Shown here: positions 1 to 6,622 of the stretch, piece by piece
How positions within the stretch are numbered: the first letter of the stretch is position 1
Layout: each line of letters starts with the position of its first letter
Virus genome (UHGV): UHGV-1714029
Source: a virus
Length of the DNA: 10,304 nt
Direction: 5' to 3' (one strand)
Position numbers and translations under genes: made by a program
Notes under the pieces: generated by a model
What the model saw: the letters and a program-made list of their open reading frames with translations, nothing else
The model's database searches: none
What the model was told of the DNA's origin: nothing

Positions 1-74
1 ATGAAGTGAACGGTATTTCCCGCGTGGTGTATGACATCAGCGGCAAGCCGCCAGCGACTATTGAGTGGGAATGA
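1..74 (+). CDS. guaA: GMP synthase C-terminal end (host gene, 5' part outside window)
   Basis: Frame 3 translates to EVNGISRVVYDISGKPPATIEWE followed by TGA at 72-74; I recognise this as the conserved C-terminal tail of enterobacterial GuaA. An intrinsic terminator follows. Confidence 0.75.
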   Translation, partial: EVNGISRVVYDISGKPPATIEWE

Positions 75-122
75 TTAACAGCTAACTCATAGCAAGTCAT
101 TCCTATTCAGATGCTAATTCAA

Positions 123-153
123 CCCTCTGTTTTTACAGGGGGTTTTTGTTTTT
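123..153 (+). terminator. Rho-independent terminator downstream of guaA
   Basis: Stem CCCTCTG (123-129) pairs with CAGGGGG (136-142) with one G-U wobble, 6-nt loop, then TTTTTGTTTTT. Confidence 0.6.
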
Positions 154-202
154 ATGTATTCATTTCTATTCACTCTATACCATATTTTTCGGCGGTACAG
201 GT

Positions 203-238
203 GACGGTATTACCTTAAAGGTATACTCTCATACCGTC
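203..238. promoter_or_regulatory. Nested dyad-symmetry element upstream of int, containing an operator-like TTACC-N5-GGTAT site
   Basis: 8-bp inverted repeat GACGGTAT (203-210) / ATACCGTC (231-238) encloses TTACC-ttaaa-GGTAT (210-224), a 9/10 match to the palindrome found at the other phage promoters. Confidence 0.35.
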
Positions 239-266
239 ATGAAAATGGTTTCTATACGGGTGAATT

Positions 267-1517
267 GTGCTTACCGATACAAAATTAAAAAACCTCAAGC
301 CGCAGGACAAACTATACAAAGTCTCCGATCGTGACGGGCTGTATGTAGCTGTGCTTACGTCCGGTACGGTCTCGTTTCGCTATGACTACCGTATCAACGG
401 TCGCCGCGAAACACTGGTAATCGGGCAGTATGGGCGTGACGGTATCAGCCTGGCAGAAGCGCGGGAAGAACTGATTGCTGCAAAGAAGCTTCTTAAAGCA
501 GGCCAGTCGCCGGCTGCGGCTAAACGTGACGGTATCAAAAAGATTCGTGGTGCCGAGACGTTTGCGGTACATACCGACAGTTATATGAAACACGTCATCC
601 TGGCTGACAGTACCCGCGCAATGAAGCAGGCGGTGATCGACCGTGACATATTTCCGGTTCTTGGCAACAAAATGATGGCTGAAATTACCACATTGATGGT
701 TCGTGATTTGTGTGACCGGATTGTCGAACGCGGTGGTCGGGCAACAGCAGTACAGGCCAGGGAAATCATCAGCAGCGTATACCGTTACGCCAATGACCGT
801 GGTCATGGTTTGTTTAATCCTGCGGCTGACATTAAACCTTCGTCTATCGCCATATTTAAACCACGAGAGCGAACACTGACACCAGAAGAAATTGGCCTGT
901 TCTTCCGTACGCTGGATGCCATTGGTGCTATGGGCACTATGAAAATGGCTTTAAAGCTGGTGCTTATCACTATGGTTCGTAAAGGCGAATTCACCAATGC
1001 AACGTGGGATGAAATAGATTTTAAAAAATGGACATGGACAATTCCTTCAGACCGCATGAAGGGAAGCCGGGCGCACGTTATTTACCTGCCTAAACAGGCA
1101 CAGGATATATTGGTTGGGTTGCAGATGTGCGCTGGTGGAAGTGAATATCTGGTTCCTGGTCGTTACAATTTCCGGAAGCCATTATCTAATGCCGCGCTGA
1201 ACTCTCTGATCGACAGAACGGTGAAAATAATAAATGAAGATGGTGAGCATATTCAGGGCTTCACCGTACACGATATGCGCCGTACAGCCAGTACGTTGTT
1301 GCATGAGGCTGGTTATCCTTCAGACTGGATTGAAAAGGCTCTGGCACATGAGCAGAAAGGTGTGCGCGCCGTATATAACAAAGCGGAATACGCCAGACAG
1401 CGCGCCTACATGTTGCAGCAGTGGGCCGATATGATCGATTCCTGGATTGACGGGGAGCATACGGATCTGATTCCGTTCTCCCCGTCGAAGTTTGAGAAGT
1501 GGATGGCGGGGGAATAA
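267..1517 (+). CDS. int: Tyrosine site-specific integrase (P4/IntS-like phage integrase)
   Basis: GTG start at 267. N-terminus LTDTKLKNLKPQDKLYKVSDRDGLYVAV is typical of the integrase arm-binding domain; C-terminal catalytic region has HDMRRTASTLLHEAG (H-x-x-R) and a downstream Tyr (VYNKAEY). 416 aa. Confidence 0.9.
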   Translation: MLTDTKLKNLKPQDKLYKVSDRDGLYVAVLTSGTVSFRYDYRINGRRETLVIGQYGRDGISLAEAREELIAAKKLLKAGQSPAAAKRDGIKKIRGAETFAVHTDSYMKHVILADSTRAMKQAVIDRDIFPVLGNKMMAEITTLMVRDLCDRIVERGGRATAVQAREIISSVYRYANDRGHGLFNPAADIKPSSIAIFKPRERTLTPEEIGLFFRTLDAIGAMGTMKMALKLVLITMVRKGEFTNATWDEIDFKKWTWTIPSDRMKGSRAHVIYLPKQAQDILVGLQMCAGGSEYLVPGRYNFRKPLSNAALNSLIDRTVKIINEDGEHIQGFTVHDMRRTASTLLHEAGYPSDWIEKALAHEQKGVRAVYNKAEYARQRAYMLQQWADMIDSWIDGEHTDLIPFSPSKFEKWMAGE

Positions 1518-1520
1518 CGT

Positions 1521-1715
1521 TTAATTATTCTGCTGATTTTCTTCCATCTCGGCTTCTGCTGCCAGTGATTCAATTTTATCTGTGAATATTGCTGACAGTG
1601 TTGCAAATTCAGCATCAGTGACAGCGGGAATTGGAACAAACCTGATCCCGCTGTGTGCAAGCATGTTTGCAGTTTCAAGGCATTTCCTTAAATCTGCTGG
1701 TGATGCCCTGTTCAT
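1521..1715 (-). CDS. Hypothetical small acidic protein (64 aa), last gene of leftward operon
   Basis: ATG at 1715-1713 overlaps the methyltransferase TGA stop (ATGA coupling). Protein MNRASPADLRKCLETANMLAHSGIRFVPIPAVTDAEF... with acidic C-terminus. The longer 104-aa form in the ORF track would overlap the methyltransferase by about 120 nt. Confidence 0.45.
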   Translation of the reverse strand: MNRASPADLRKCLETANMLAHSGIRFVPIPAVTDAEFATLSAIFTDKIESLAAEAEMEENQQNN

Positions 1716-2362
1716 GCTGCACGCTCCCGCCCCTGGTTGTCTGTTGGTGACAGCGGAGAATTGCTGAATGCATTTGTTAATCCGCCAATATCCAACGCGT
1801 ATCCAGGGTGTAGTTGCACTGCCGGGTCTTCGCACTGATTACCCCAAACATCGAAGCCATGAGACGACTGGCGGGCGAACAGTTCAATGCGAGAAACATC
1901 GCCTAACAATTGCACAAGTTTTTCACGAACGACATCTGGTTTTCTTGAATGCTCAAGCCGCGGTGCGGTAAATGATTGAACGATCCCTGCATTAATGCGC
2001 GGAGGTAGTTTTCCCTTTACTGCAAACAGGCAATATTCACTATTTGCGCGAGTCATGTGTCCCATACCCATAACCAGTTTATCTGGTTGTCGACTACCAC
2101 ATTTTATCCACGTGAAGCCCTTCATGGTCATCAGACGGAATCCCCAGGCTTCAACAACTTTTAGCGCTTCGAGTGGTTGTGTTGGCACCCACCACATTGC
2201 CAACAGACAGTTTTCATCGGCCAAATCCCACACAGGAAGGCGGCAGATATCCAGCACACTCATAACCGGATATTTAAAACCGGCACCGCGATTACCATCT
2301 GCGGCTTTGTCCCGGTATACCCAGGGGGGATCTGCATAGATTAGTGTGTATTTCTTAGTCAT
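1712..2362 (-). CDS. MT-A70 family DNA N6-adenine methyltransferase (orphan, phage-encoded)
   Basis: Catalytic motif DPPW in YTLIYADPPWVY, plus downstream motifs (LAMWWVP, EAWGF, EHSRKP, RIELFAR). ATG at 2362 is preceded by GGTGG; the ORF-track GTG at 2374 is a less likely start. Confidence 0.85.
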   Translation of the reverse strand: MTKKYTLIYADPPWVYRDKAADGNRGAGFKYPVMSVLDICRLPVWDLADENCLLAMWWVPTQPLEALKVVEAWGFRLMTMKGFTWIKCGSRQPDKLVMGMGHMTRANSEYCLFAVKGKLPPRINAGIVQSFTAPRLEHSRKPDVVREKLVQLLGDVSRIELFARQSSHGFDVWGNQCEDPAVQLHPGYALDIGGLTNAFSNSPLSPTDNQGRERAA

Positions 2363-2654
2363 AAACCACCCCACAACATCCTATGCCGCTATAGTCGCCA
2401 CGGCGAAGGCCGTTACCTTTTGTGATACATTGGTCCCTGCGAACCGCGATCCTTGCACGCTCAACATCACCAGAAGCAACATCCATACACTGAAGCCAAA
2501 GGTGGGCGGCAATGCGGAACTGCCCTTTTTTCTCTCTTTCAATCGCGCGTTTTTCGATCTCTATCGCCGCAGGAGTAACGGCAACAACCTTTGAAGGGCT
2601 GCGCATTGAAACCTTGTTCATGTGATATTTTTCAAGTCGGCTTAACTTTCTCAC
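2355..2654 (-). CDS. Hypothetical protein, translationally coupled to the methyltransferase
   Basis: ORF ends ...GVVYD with TAA overlapping the methyltransferase ATG (ATGACTAA). Start is uncertain: GTG 2654 with an AGAGGG SD 9 nt upstream, or internal ATG at 2621 or 2606. No recognisable domain. Confidence 0.55.
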   Translation of the reverse strand: MRKLSRLEKYHMNKVSMRSPSKVVAVTPAAIEIEKRAIEREKKGQFRIAAHLWLQCMDVASGDVERARIAVRRDQCITKGNGLRRGDYSGIGCCGVVYD

Positions 2655-2710
2655 TTAATCCAACCCTCTCTGAAAATTAATGCCAGCAGATAAAGCCATG
2701 CTGAAACAGA

Positions 2711-2736
2711 GGTCAGGAATAAGTACCATCCTGACC
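2711..2736 (-). terminator. Hairpin downstream of the AlpA-like gene, possible weak terminator or attenuator
   Basis: Perfect 8-bp inverted repeat GGTCAGGA (2711-2718) / TCCTGACC (2729-2736) with 10-nt loop. On the minus-strand transcript it is followed by UCUGUUUC, a weak U-tract. Confidence 0.25.
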
Positions 2737-2763
2737 ATTTGCTCCAGTGCCTTAGCAGCACAC

Positions 2764-3012
2764 TCATGCCGCGTTGCTCACAGGACGATATACACGTTGC
2801 TGAACAGGAGGTTTTTTACCCTGGAACTCTGCCGGGCTTGCTGCCTGACGTTCATCAAGCCAACGCTCAACTTCGTCACGGTTCCATGCGCAGCGTTTGT
2901 CAGTGATATACCAGCGTTTAGGAAATTCACCTGCGCGCTCCATACGGTCGATAGTGCTCCATGACAGTGGCACCACCGCCAGGAGTTCCTTCTTACCTAA
3001 TGCACCTTTCAT
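2764..3012 (-). CDS. AlpA-family helix-turn-helix regulator / excisionase-like protein
   Basis: 82 aa. LLAVVPLSWSTIDRMERAGEFPKRWYITDKRCAWNRDEVERWLDE matches the AlpA/Vis-type winged-HTH pattern. SD AGAGAGG sits 5-6 nt upstream of ATG 3012. Confidence 0.75.
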   Translation of the reverse strand: MKGALGKKELLAVVPLSWSTIDRMERAGEFPKRWYITDKRCAWNRDEVERWLDERQAASPAEFQGKKPPVQQRVYRPVSNAA

Positions 3013-3034
3013 AAATACCTCTCTTGGTTGCAGT

Positions 3035-3053
3035 GCGGCGCGTGTGGCGCCGC
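3035..3053 (-). other. GC-only hairpin between recT stop and the AlpA-like start
   Basis: GCGGCGC (3035-3041) and GCGCCGC (3047-3053) form a perfect 7-bp stem with a 5-nt loop. No U-tract on either strand. Confidence 0.4.
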
Positions 3054-3061
3054 GGTGGTGG

Positions 3062-4084
3062 TTACTCGAATTCTGGACGCATATCGTTAAGCGTCATCAT
3101 GAATTTTTGGTGATATTCATCACCGAGCTTGTCAGCCATGGTGTTAATTTCATTTTCAGCGCGCTTGAACATCGTTTTTGCATCTTCAGCAGATGGATCC
3201 AGGCTATTAAGTATCGCGATGATATATTCTCGAGCTTCTTCTCGTTCTGAATCTGAAATTGGCGATAGGTGTTGACGCTCATCGTCAACTACGGAATATT
3301 CACCAGTGATAACAGCTGCGTTATCTTGGCTAAGTCCAGCTTCAGCGCGCTCATCCATAACAACAGCCTTCTGCATTTCAATAGAAACAGGAAGATATTT
3401 GAACAGTCGGCGAATTACTGTTTTTTTAGCCATCTCATCGAAGTGATCAACCCATGGGCCACTGCTACCGGCTTTGCTCAGTGCACGAACTTTCTCAACG
3501 TCTGCCCGGCTCATAACTTCAAATTGGACACCGCCATCTTTCAGTCGGGCAACGGCGTAAACGTGCGTTAGTTCTCCGCGGTCACCTGTTTCGCAAGGTA
3601 AATGCTCGAGCGTTTCTTCCAGGCCGTATGAGTAGCTGAATTTGTCGTTTGTATGTACGGTACGAGCCGAGATGCTCAGGATCTGCCCTGAGCGGCGGGC
3701 AAGGTCAATCATTCCGCGATAGCCGATAATCAGCTGTGCTTCTGTAGATACGGTTTCCCATCTTCCATTTACTTTCTGGCGTTTGTCGAACGGTATCAGG
3801 TAAGCGTGTCCAAGAGCTCCGCCTGGTTCAAGACCCAATTGGGCACATTGCATAATTGCCCCCAGGAAGCTGGCTTGGTCGCATGATGCAAGTTTTGGAA
3901 CCTTTCGGATCTCTGTGGTTGCTATGCGCGCCAGACGGTCTGCTGTCATGTGCTTTGGAAGTGCCAAAGCCATCTGAGCTTTAATTTTTGGGTCTGCCAG
4001 AAGTCCGGCCAGAGTTGTTGGTTTCTCATTATGATGTGCAACTTGGTTACCGGTAGCCGCTGCCTTAAGTGCATTGATAGACAT
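3062..4084 (-). CDS. recT: RecT family single-strand annealing recombinase
   Basis: 340 aa. Strong resemblance to RecT across the core (IATTEIRKVP, GAIMQCAQLGLEPG, GHAYLIPF, IIGYRGMIDLARRSGQ, THVYAVARLKDGG, EMAKKTVIRRLFKYLPVSIE). Strong SD AAGGAG before ATG 4084. Confidence 0.92.
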   Translation of the reverse strand: MSINALKAAATGNQVAHHNEKPTTLAGLLADPKIKAQMALALPKHMTADRLARIATTEIRKVPKLASCDQASFLGAIMQCAQLGLEPGGALGHAYLIPFDKRQKVNGRWETVSTEAQLIIGYRGMIDLARRSGQILSISARTVHTNDKFSYSYGLEETLEHLPCETGDRGELTHVYAVARLKDGGVQFEVMSRADVEKVRALSKAGSSGPWVDHFDEMAKKTVIRRLFKYLPVSIEMQKAVVMDERAEAGLSQDNAAVITGEYSVVDDERQHLSPISDSEREEAREYIIAILNSLDPSAEDAKTMFKRAENEINTMADKLGDEYHQKFMMTLNDMRPEFE

Positions 4085-4093
4085 TTTTTCTCC

Positions 4094-4993
4094 TTACTTC
4101 ATTCTGAAGACGCGTTGTGTCGTTGTTGTTTTGAATTTTTCGAATAACTCAGGGTGTACTGACTGGAATAGCTTCTGGTCGAATCTGTTGCTGATCTGAG
4201 ATTTCCATGTGCAGAGCGGCTTTCCGTCCAGGGTCAGGACTGAATGCTCTTGCATGTACATCTTCAGCTTCTCTTCTGATATAGCTATTTCTTCTTCCAG
4301 TGATTTTCTGCGTGACTTCATGTCTCGTAGATCGTTGAATAGTGCGAGTGCCTTTCCGTCAGCCTCGATACTTGTCCCGGCATCTTTCTCAAACATCAGC
4401 GATACATCGCTTACGCTGGTAGCTTCCGGCGGGTTAAGATTTTTCACTCGGTCCCAGAAAGCGATTTCTTTTTCTAAGATCGCCTGGATAGTTTCTTCAT
4501 CACGCTCAACCCGATAGATTCGGAAGTCGTCGCCACCGATAAGCACACCGAAAACGCATACCTGTTTGTTTGTAACCATCAACCCATGCATGGCCTGGGC
4601 CGTGTAATGCACAGGAATTGCATCTGTCTGGATTTCTCCCCATTCTTTGGCTTTGAACGGGCTAACTGTTTTGATCTCAATGTTCTCTCCTGACGCTGCT
4701 TCTGCATCGATCTCAGCTGCAATAAAATCGTAATCACGGTGGATATAGCGGTTTCCGCGATGAACGATTTCCATCCCTGTTTCCTCAGAAAGCAGGTCTA
4801 TTACGTATGGCTCCATACGCTGGCCACGCGTGAAAACTTTCTGCTTGCTTGGGTCTACTGGTTTGACACGTGGCTGGACCTTATCCAGATAAACCTCAAG
4901 CGGGGTGCGCCATGGGCTAATTCCAAGAATCCCTGCAACATCGCTTCCTCCGATGTATTTTCTTCTATCCATGATTCCAGCGTTCCGCATCAT
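4094..4993 (-). CDS. YqaJ-like (lambda Exo / RecE-type) recombination exonuclease, partner of RecT
   Basis: N-terminal YIGGSDVAGILGISPWRTPLEVY is the YqaJ signature. PD-(D/E)xK-like residues in DFIAAEIDAE...IEIKTV. ATG 4993 overlaps the upstream gene stop (ATGA); an alternative ATG lies 7 codons in. Confidence 0.85.
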   Translation of the reverse strand: MMRNAGIMDRRKYIGGSDVAGILGISPWRTPLEVYLDKVQPRVKPVDPSKQKVFTRGQRMEPYVIDLLSEETGMEIVHRGNRYIHRDYDFIAAEIDAEAASGENIEIKTVSPFKAKEWGEIQTDAIPVHYTAQAMHGLMVTNKQVCVFGVLIGGDDFRIYRVERDEETIQAILEKEIAFWDRVKNLNPPEATSVSDVSLMFEKDAGTSIEADGKALALFNDLRDMKSRRKSLEEEIAISEEKLKMYMQEHSVLTLDGKPLCTWKSQISNRFDQKLFQSVHPELFEKFKTTTTQRVFRMK

Positions 4994-5289
4994 GCCGCGT
5001 CCCTCTGCCCATCAATCCGATCCGCCAGATCCCAGCGGGCGATAATTGCCATTGCCTCGCGCCGGTAGGCATCCATTAGTTCTTCGAACTCAGGGCTGTC
5101 TTTAGCGGCCTCCAGTACTTCCTGGCGAACGCCTTTGCCTGTTACAACGTCGAAAGTTGAGGCCAGTTGATGAAGCCGGATACTCTCAATCAGTTCAACT
5201 TGTCGGTCATATAGCTGTTCTGACAGGCAGTAGTCCTTGTCGAATGCCAGCATGATTTTTTGAAGATTTTTCTGCTGATTAACGTTCAT
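4990..5289 (-). CDS. Small protein in the Gam/RacC position (possible host-nuclease inhibitor)
   Basis: 99 aa starting MNVNQQKNL at ATG 5289, 6 nt after a GGGAGGG SD. Sits directly upstream of exo-recT as gam does in lambda. C-terminal EFEELMDAYRREAMAIIARW weakly resembles the lambda Gam C-terminus, by recollection only. Confidence 0.6.
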   Translation of the reverse strand: MNVNQQKNLQKIMLAFDKDYCLSEQLYDRQVELIESIRLHQLASTFDVVTGKGVRQEVLEAAKDSPEFEELMDAYRREAMAIIARWDLADRIDGQRDAA

Positions 5290-5291
5290 TA

Positions 5292-5444
5292 TCAGCCCTC
5301 CCATATCTCGTTATCGTTGGCCACATCGCGAGCTTCTTTGCTGACGAAAGCCCACTTAATGCCTTCCTGTAAGGTGCGGAACTTCCAGCTCATGAATCCG
5401 CATGCAGTAACGCAGTACCAACCGTTGATGATTTTCCACTGCAT
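5292..5444 (-). CDS. Unreported 50-aa Trp-rich ORF, first gene of the leftward early operon (Kil position)
   Basis: Not in the ORF track (under 60 aa). ATG 5444-5442 with SD GAGGT 8 nt upstream; translation MQWKIINGWYCVTACGFMSWKFRTLQEGIKWAFVSKEARDVANDNEIWEG; TGA at 5294-5292, 2 nt before the next gene's ATG. Confidence 0.4.
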   Translation of the reverse strand: MQWKIINGWYCVTACGFMSWKFRTLQEGIKWAFVSKEARDVANDNEIWEG

Positions 5445-5463
5445 AATTTGTTACCTCGGTCTG

Positions 5464-5540
5464 TTACCGTTGAGGTAATGATTATGCGTATTTGGTTTGA
5501 TGTCAATAGATATGAGTTAAAAAAATTACCCATAAGGTAA
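5464..5540 (-). promoter_or_regulatory. Leftward early promoter region with two operator palindromes (OL-like)
   Basis: Perfect TTACC-N5-GGTAA at 5464-5478 and 5526-5540, flanking a perfect minus-strand -35 hexamer TTGACA (5506-5501). A -10-like CATAAT / TAATCA lies 14-16 nt downstream, overlapping the 5464 site. Confidence 0.5.
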
Positions 5541-5550
5541 TCTTGATGGC

Positions 5551-5577
5551 AATAAAAAAGCCGCCATGAGGCGGCTT
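5551..5577 (-). terminator. Rho-independent terminator of the repressor-like gene
   Basis: Minus-strand transcript reads AGCCGCC-UCAU-GGCGGCU followed by UUUUUUAUU, about 20 nt after the TAA stop at 5600-5598. Confidence 0.65.
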
Positions 5578-5597
5578 ACTTGCTGAAAACTATAGTT

Positions 5598-6182
5598 TTA
5601 TTGTTTATTTTTTTCGTTCTGGTTGATGACAAATTCAATGTAACTTTCGATCTTTGCTTTCTCGGTTTCGGGTAACAATGCGTAGCGCGAGCGGTCATAG
5701 TTGATGGTCGCAGGGTCGTGCGGGTGAATCAGTAATTCATAGCCGTGACGCCCGAATGCGGATGCAACATTCTCCAGGGTGGAAATGGAAACGCTGACTT
5801 CATTGTTTAACAGGCGGCTGATTGTCACCTGGGCGACGCCGGATGCGCGGTGAAGTTTTCCTTGTGTTGAAAGGTCGCGGCTTTCGCTCATCCAGCGTTC
5901 CAGGTTGTGAGCCGCCAGCTGACCAATGTCGCTTGGTCCGACAGGCTGAAAACCCTCCTGAGAAAGCGAGCGATCGATATCAAGCCAGTTACGTGGTTTA
6001 TTGGCGGCAGCTTCAATTTTTCGCGCAACCTGGTCGCCGATAACCTTCTTGCCAAGAGCCCAGCGGTTTACCAGATTTGCCTGAGTTCCAAGTTTTTCTG
6101 CCATCCGCGTCTGAACACCATTGAATTCACGGTCGATCAAGTCGTTGAGATTTTGCCTGCGGACGTCCTGGATACTTTTCAT
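5598..6182 (-). CDS. Repressor-like protein with two HTH (XRE/Cro-C1 type) domains and no S24 peptidase domain
   Basis: 194 aa. HTH 1 around TRMAEKLGTQANLVNRWALGKKVIGDQVARKIEAA; HTH 2 around ASGVAQVTISRLLNNEVSVSISTLENVASAFG. No Ala-Gly cleavage site or Ser/Lys dyad region. Divergent from a Cro-like gene across an operator-rich spacer. Confidence 0.7.
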   Translation of the reverse strand: MKSIQDVRRQNLNDLIDREFNGVQTRMAEKLGTQANLVNRWALGKKVIGDQVARKIEAAANKPRNWLDIDRSLSQEGFQPVGPSDIGQLAAHNLERWMSESRDLSTQGKLHRASGVAQVTISRLLNNEVSVSISTLENVASAFGRHGYELLIHPHDPATINYDRSRYALLPETEKAKIESYIEFVINQNEKNKQ

Positions 6183-6237
6183 TTTCTGGAAAATCGTCTC
6201 ATATATGAATCAGTAGATGATTCAATTTAAAGCAATA

Positions 6238-6300
6238 TTACCCAACAGGTAAATGCACCTCATAGGTAACTATCCTTGATTTTTGTTACCTTATGGGTGA
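6238..6300. promoter_or_regulatory. Divergent immunity-region operator cluster (OR-like, three sites)
   Basis: TTACC-caaca-GGTAA at 6238-6252 (perfect), GCACC-tcata-GGTAA at 6255-6269 (8/10), TTACC-ttatg-GGTGA at 6286-6300 (9/10), lying between the repressor-like ATG (6182, minus) and the Cro-like ATG (6337, plus). Confidence 0.55.
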
Positions 6301-6336
6301 ATATTTATTATCTGAAATAAATATCAGGCAATAGCT

Positions 6337-6567
6337 ATGAGCGATAACGGACATTTCGATTTCAAAAAGCACTGGCTTGCACTTACTCCGGATGAGCGTG
6401 AAGCCTTCGCACAGGAAGCCGGAACGACGAGTCACTATATCCAGACTCACTTAACAGGTAAGCGCAAAATGCCAGGTAAAGTATTGATGAATGGGCTTTT
6501 TAAAGCCTGTAAAACAAGACAATGGCTGCGCTCAAAAGCAGAACTGGCATACTTCTTCTACTCATGA
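6337..6567 (+). CDS. Cro-like HTH regulator (first gene of rightward early operon)
   Basis: 76 aa with an XRE-type HTH (FAQEAGTTSHYIQTHLTGKRKMP). Divergent from the repressor-like gene and followed by an intrinsic terminator. Confidence 0.6.
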   Translation: MSDNGHFDFKKHWLALTPDEREAFAQEAGTTSHYIQTHLTGKRKMPGKVLMNGLFKACKTRQWLRSKAELAYFFYS

Positions 6568-6588
6568 TATCCAGCTACAACCCTCTGT

Positions 6589-6611
6589 AGACCGCCACCC
6601 GGCGGTCTTTT
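6589..6611 (+). terminator. Rho-independent terminator after the Cro-like gene (tR1-like)
   Basis: AGACCGCC (6589-6596) and GGCGGTCT (6601-6608) form a perfect 8-bp stem with loop ACCC, followed by TTTT. Confidence 0.65.
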
Positions 6612-6622
6612 CATATCTATTC

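Noticed and set aside
126-137. CTGT ... ACAG resembling a LexA box
   Set aside because: The spacer is 4 nt, not the 8 nt of a CTGT-N8-ACAG SOS box, and it is simply the guaA terminator stem; no convincing LexA box seen in the intergenic regions inspected.
75-266. Search for a tRNA or tmRNA gene as integrase target
   Set aside because: No cloverleaf-like segment or conserved tRNA 3' end (GTTCGAATC-type T-arm, CCA) recognised by eye; needs tRNAscan-SE to exclude formally.
146-334. 62-aa plus-strand ORF upstream of and overlapping the integrase start
   Set aside because: No SD, odd composition, and it covers the int promoter/operator region and the first codons of int in another frame; likely spurious.
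312-1678. ORF-track entries 312-806, 581-769, 803-1057 (minus) and 1234-1434, 1406-1678
   Set aside because: All are antisense or out-of-frame ORFs embedded in the well-supported integrase gene, with no independent start signals.
1521-1835. 104-aa long form of the last leftward ORF
   Set aside because: Its 5' 120 nt overlap the methyltransferase coding sequence; the internal ATG at 1715 forming an ATGA junction is the more parsimonious start.
2897-5068. Plus-strand ORFs 2897-3250, 3269-3571, 3950-4147, 4209-4517, 4739-5068
   Set aside because: Antisense to the RecT, exonuclease and Gam-position genes, which have strong homology or coupling support; no RBS evidence.
5822-6230. Plus-strand ORFs 5822-6043 and 5907-6230
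   Set aside because: Antisense to the repressor-like gene; no start signals.
120-6588. Shared 11-mer CAACCCTCTGT at 120-130 and 6578-6588 (variant CAACCCTCTCTG at 2661-2672), considered as att core or recombination site
   Set aside because: About a dozen 11-mer identities are expected by chance within 10 kb, and both copies are parts of unrelated terminator-proximal hairpins; not significant alone.
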